DNA of 64,000 bases from an uncultured Actinomycetes bacterium. GTDB lineage: Bacteria > Actinomycetota > UBA4738 > HRBIN12. Shown here one piece after another: positions 60,310 to 64,000 of this stretch. How positions within the stretch are numbered: the first letter of the stretch is position 1; each line of letters starts with the position of its first letter. The notes beneath the pieces are model-generated. The model made no database searches, was not told the DNA's origin, and was given only the letters and a program-made list of their open reading frames with translations. The stretch spans positions 23,644 through 87,643 of the forward strand of contig CAWAAO010000013.1 of the NCBI GenBank assembly GCA_963780015.1. Direction: 5' to 3'. The translations under genes and the position numbers were made by a program.

Positions 60310-61539
60310 ATGGCCGAGTTCTCGATCGATCGGTTCGTCGATACCTACGCGCGCCGCGCCGCGGGCATGACCGCGTCGGAGGTCCGCGCGCTGTTCGCCG
60401 TCGCCGCACGCCCGGAGGTCGTCTCGCTCGCCGGCGGCATGCCCTTCGTGCAAGCGATCCCCTCGAGCGAGGTCATCGCGGTGGCCGGTGAGGTGTTGGC
60501 CGAGCTGGGCGACGTCGCGCTGCAATACGGCGGCGGCCAGGGCATCCCGGGCTTGCGAGAACGACTCGCGATGCTGATGGCCGAGGAGGGCGTGATCGCC
60601 GACCCGGAGGATGTGGTGGTCACCACGGGCGCGCAGCAGGCGCTCGACCTGATCGGAAAGATCTTCATCGATCCCGGCGACCTGATCGCGGTCGAAGCCC
60701 CCGCGTACGTCGGAGCGCTCACGGCGTTCGGTACCTACGAGCCGCGATACCTCCCGATCGAGCTCGACGACGACGGGATGCTCGTCGAGCAGCTCGAGCA
60801 AGCACTGGTGCGCGGCGAGCGGCCGAAGTTCGTCTACACCGTGCCCGACTTCGGCAATCCATCCGGTGTGACCATGTCATACCCACGGCGGGAGCAACTG
60901 GTCGCGCTCTGCCGCGAGGCGAGCATCCCGATCATCGAGGACAACCCCTACGGCCTCCTTCGGTTCGAGGGTGAGGCGGTCCCGTGTCTGCGAACCCTCG
61001 ACCCGGACAACGTCATCTACCTCGGCACCGTGTCCAAGACCTTCTCGCCGGGTGTGCGGGTGGGCTGGGCGCTGGCCGAGCCGTCGGTCGTGCAACGGCT
61101 GATCCTGGCGAAGGAGGCGGCCGATCTCTGCGGTTCGAGTCTGAACATGCTCCTGACGGAGCGCTGGTTCTCCGATGAGAACCGTTGGCGGACAACGCTG
61201 GCCAGCCTCGTCGATACGTATCGGTCACGCCGCGACGCCATGTTGGAGGCACTCGAAGAGCACTTCCCGGAGGAGTCGACCTGGACGCACCCGCACGGCG
61301 GGTTCTACGTCTGGGTCACCCTGCCGGAATGGCTCGACGCGAAGGCGCTGCTGGCGGCGGCGGTCGAGCGACGCGTCGCCTACGTGCCGGGCACCGCGTT
61401 CTATCCGGATGGCCGGGGTACGAACAAGCTGCGGCTCGCGTTCTGCTACCCCACCGAAGACCGCATCCGCGAGGGCGTCGCTCGCCTCGGCGCGCTCCTC
61501 CATGAGGAAGCGCAGCTCTACCGGAGCATGCAGGGATGA
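60310..61539 (+). CDS. PLP-dependent aminotransferase (class I/II, aminotransferase-family)
   Basis: 409 aa; GTVSKTFSPGVRVGW Lys-PLP region. Confidence 0.8.
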   Translation: MAEFSIDRFVDTYARRAAGMTASEVRALFAVAARPEVVSLAGGMPFVQAIPSSEVIAVAGEVLAELGDVALQYGGGQGIPGLRERLAMLMAEEGVIADPEDVVVTTGAQQALDLIGKIFIDPGDLIAVEAPAYVGALTAFGTYEPRYLPIELDDDGMLVEQLEQALVRGERPKFVYTVPDFGNPSGVTMSYPRREQLVALCREASIPIIEDNPYGLLRFEGEAVPCLRTLDPDNVIYLGTVSKTFSPGVRVGWALAEPSVVQRLILAKEAADLCGSSLNMLLTERWFSDENRWRTTLASLVDTYRSRRDAMLEALEEHFPEESTWTHPHGGFYVWVTLPEWLDAKALLAAAVERRVAYVPGTAFYPDGRGTNKLRLAFCYPTEDRIREGVARLGALLHEEAQLYRSMQG

Positions 61540-62481
61540 GCGGACGACGGATCGCGGTGATCGCAGGCGGGCGCACGCCCGAGCGAGACGTGTCGCTCCG
61601 AGGGGGGCATCGTGTGATGACGGCACTCAACGCCCTCGGTCACGACGCGTGGCTCCTGGACCCCGCCGACGTGAAACTGGTCGAGGCGCTCTATGCGCGT
61701 CCGGCGGATCTGTGCTGGCTCGCCTTGCACGGCAAAGAAGGTGAGGATGGAACGGTGCAGCGGCTGCTCGATCTGCTTGGGCTCCGATACACGGGCACCC
61801 CCGCCTTCGACTGCGAGCTCGCCTTCGACAAGGTGCTCGCGAAAGACGTGCTGCGGCGCGCCGGCGTGCCCACGCCGGACTGGGTCGTGATCGAAGGCTC
61901 GGCGTTGCGCGACCTTGGCGCCGGCGTGGCACTGCCCCATGCACTCGAACGGATCGGGCTCCCCTGCATCGTGAAACCCTCGAGGAGCGGGTCGGCGCTC
62001 GGCGTGAGCGCGGTCGAACGCGAAGCCGACCTCGCCGGTGCGGTGATGGGCGCCCTGTCGTTCAGCGGCGCCGCCATCGTGGAGCGGATGATCCGGGGAA
62101 CCGAGGTCGCCGCGGGGTTCGTCGGCGCGTCGCTGGAGGCGCTCCCCCTCGTCGAGATCGTGCCGAAGGACGGCGTCTATGACTACAGCGCACGGTATAC
62201 GGCCGGTGCGACCGAGTACTTCGTTCCCGCGCGGCTGGACGCAGGCGTCGCCTCGGCGGTTCGCGACGCCGCCCGAGCGAGCGGTGGACGCACTGCGCAT
62301 CCGGGGAGTCGGACGCGTCGATGTCCTGGTGACGCCCGAGGGCAGCCCGCAGGTGCTCGAGGTCAACGTGTCGCCCGGGATGACGGAAACGTCGCTGCTC
62401 CCGATGGCCGCCGAGGCCTCCGGGATCGCTTTCGGGATGCTGTGCGATGACATCATACGCGGGTCGGACGACTCGGCGTGA
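61536..62481 (+). pseudogene. ddl: D-alanine--D-alanine ligase, one frameshift (~62280)
   Basis: IAVIAGGRTPERDVSL, CIVKPSRSGSALGVS, C-terminal DVLVTPEGSPQVLEVNVSPGMTETSLLP in ORF 62179..62481 frame. Confidence 0.8.
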
Positions 62482-62888
62482 GATCCCGCTGCATCGCCGC
62501 GGTCATCGTCGTCATCGCGATCGGGTCGTGCACGCGCGGGGACACGAGCGTGCCGACCGCACCGGCCCCGAGCTCTTCGACCTCCATCCCGTCGACCGTC
62601 GAGGCCATGGGCATCACCTTCGACGTGCGCTGCACGCCGGTCGCCGAGGCGCTCGTCGACATCGAGCTGCCCCGCCCCGCCGGGGAACCGAGGCTCCGAG
62701 CGATCACCGGCGTCTGGGATCACCAGGGGATCGCCGTGCTTGCCAACGACGCACGTGGCTGCGGTGTCTGGGCGCTGGGGCTCGCGGAAGGCCTGAGCTC
62801 GGAGGCCTCCGCCGCGATCGGCGACGAGGTCGCCCGCGGTGTGGAGCGCTTCGGTGTGACGGCGTCACCCGTCCCGCGCGAGCCGTAG
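62478..62888 (+). CDS. hypothetical lipoprotein
   Basis: GTGA-coupled to ddl; signal + lipobox AIGSC; 136 aa. Confidence 0.5.
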   Translation: MRSRCIAAVIVVIAIGSCTRGDTSVPTAPAPSSSTSIPSTVEAMGITFDVRCTPVAEALVDIELPRPAGEPRLRAITGVWDHQGIAVLANDARGCGVWALGLAEGLSSEASAAIGDEVARGVERFGVTASPVPREP

Positions 62889-62893
62889 CCTGC

Positions 62894-63799
62894 CTAGTCG
62901 GGCGCGAGGCCGGGGCCGGAGCCGATGATCTCCGAGACGATGCGCTCCAGGTCGTCGGCGGATCCGAACTCGATCACGACCTTGCCGCGCTTGGCCCCCA
63001 TCTGGATCGAGACCCGGGTGGCGAGCTGCTCCGAGAGGATCTCCTCAACTTCGGCCAGGCCGGCCTCGGCCGGTGACGCGTCCGTCACGGCGCGCTTGGG
63101 TTCGGCCTTCTCCGTCGGCGCATCGACGAATCGACGGACCGCCTCTTCGGTCTGCCGAACCGACAGATCCTCGGCCGCGACACGAAGCGCCAGCGAGGAC
63201 ATCGCGTCCTTGTCGCCGAGGGACAGGAGCGCCCGCGCGTGGCCGGCCGTGACCTTGTCGTCGGCCAACAGCTGCTGCACATCGAGCGGGAGACCCAGCA
63301 GACGGATCGTGTTGGCGATGTGTGACCGCGACACACCGACGCGGTCCGCCAACTCTTCCTGCTTGAGGCCGAGCTCGCCCAGCAGCGCCTTGAACGCCTC
63401 CGCCTGCTCGATCGGGTTGAGGTCCTCGCGATGGATGTTCTCGATCAGGGCATCGCGAAGCAGATCCGTGTCGTCGGAGTCGCGCAACACGATCGGAACG
63501 GAGGCGAGGCCCGCCGCCTTGGCGGCCCGCAGGCGGCGCTCCCCCGCGATCAACTCGTAGGACCCGGCCTCGGTCCGCCGCACCACGAGCGGTTGCAGGA
63601 TGCCGACCTCTCGGATGGACGCCGCGAGCGCGGTGAGGGTTCCGTCGTCGAAGTGGGTCCGGGGCTGCTTCGGGTTCGGGGCGATCGAGTTGACCGGCAC
63701 ATCGAGGAATCCGCTGCCGGTCGCGGCCTCTCCGGCCTCGGGGGCGCCGGGGATCAGCGCCGACAATCCGCGGCCAAGGCCGCCTCGCTTCGACATCAT
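62894..63799 (-). CDS. parB: chromosome partitioning protein ParB
   Basis: MSKRGGLGRGLSALI, ParB box LIAGERRLRAA, HTH region; 301 aa. Confidence 0.9.
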   Translation of the reverse strand: MMSKRGGLGRGLSALIPGAPEAGEAATGSGFLDVPVNSIAPNPKQPRTHFDDGTLTALAASIREVGILQPLVVRRTEAGSYELIAGERRLRAAKAAGLASVPIVLRDSDDTDLLRDALIENIHREDLNPIEQAEAFKALLGELGLKQEELADRVGVSRSHIANTIRLLGLPLDVQQLLADDKVTAGHARALLSLGDKDAMSSLALRVAAEDLSVRQTEEAVRRFVDAPTEKAEPKRAVTDASPAEAGLAEVEEILSEQLATRVSIQMGAKRGKVVIEFGSADDLERIVSEIIGSGPGLAPD

Positions 63800-63803
63800 T
63801 CGC

Positions 63804-64000
63804 CTCCCTTACGGAACAGCCGCCAACGGCGCTTCGAGCCGTCGTCCTCGTCGTGCAGCGTCGCCCCGATCGAGGGCGTCGCATCGGACTCACCCGCCGC
63901 CCGGCGCTCGGGACCCGCACCGGACCCGCCTGCCGGCCCTCTCAGATCGGCGTTCTCGTCGATCACCACGACCCTCCGTTCGGGCAGATGACCCGGTTCG
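63804..64000 (-). CDS. 3' end of upstream gene running off the window (parA expected by synteny, not confirmed)
   Basis: open frame ending in TGA overlapping parB ATGATG; low-complexity tail ...SIGATLHDEDDGSKRRWRLFRKGGE does not look like a typical ParA C-terminus. Confidence 0.25.

Noticed and set aside
1-64000. tRNA, rRNA and mobile elements
   Set aside because: Scanned for T-loop/anticodon-arm-like motifs and for transposase, integrase or recombinase-like ORFs and terminal inverted repeats. None found.

Overview
High-GC (~70%+) actinobacterial chromosomal core segment with dense coding on both strands. I saw no rRNA, tRNA, CRISPR array, transposase or integrase. The 3' third (46.8-64 kb) reproduces the conserved actinobacterial origin-proximal order known from Mycobacterium Rv3907c-Rv3918c and Streptomyces: cca, NUDIX (mutT4-like), a large secreted Rv3909-like protein, murJ, ECF sigma (SigM-like), ZAS anti-sigma, trxB, trxA, cwlM, then ddl and parB. 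The window therefore probably ends a few kb from parA/oriC. Other recognisable content: an OmpR/HK two-component system behind a small Phe-rich membrane protein; three paralogous ArsR + SRPBCC (AHSA1-like) bicistrons, each with its own palindromic operator; PadR-ino1 (Rv0047c-Rv0046c-like); nickel superoxide dismutase sodN divergent from its maturation protease sodX, with start codons overlapping in a CATG; a ModE-like regulator plus modABC; lepB; a P-type ATPase; orphan pilT; a TusA/DsrE pair; SoxR; two F420/FMN-type PPOX paralogs plus an LLM oxidoreductase; and two large STAND-like regulators (LuxR-TPR and zinc-ribbon/adenylate-cyclase/AAA/TPR) flanked by proline-specific peptidases. The most striking global property is that at least 19 genes carry about 26 single-nucleotide frame disruptions in total, including ddl, cca, modC, both transketolase subunits, PAC2, an MFS transporter and the anti-sigma factor. 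Long neighbouring genes (the 2.35 kb ATPase, murJ, the GGDEF gene) are intact. Disruption of normally essential single-copy genes argues for sequencing or assembly indel error rather than genome decay. I cannot exclude decay from sequence alone, so these are labelled pseudogene with that caveat. Coordinates were derived by codon arithmetic from the ORF track. Reading of individual bases is less reliable, so some boundaries may be off by 1-3 nt.
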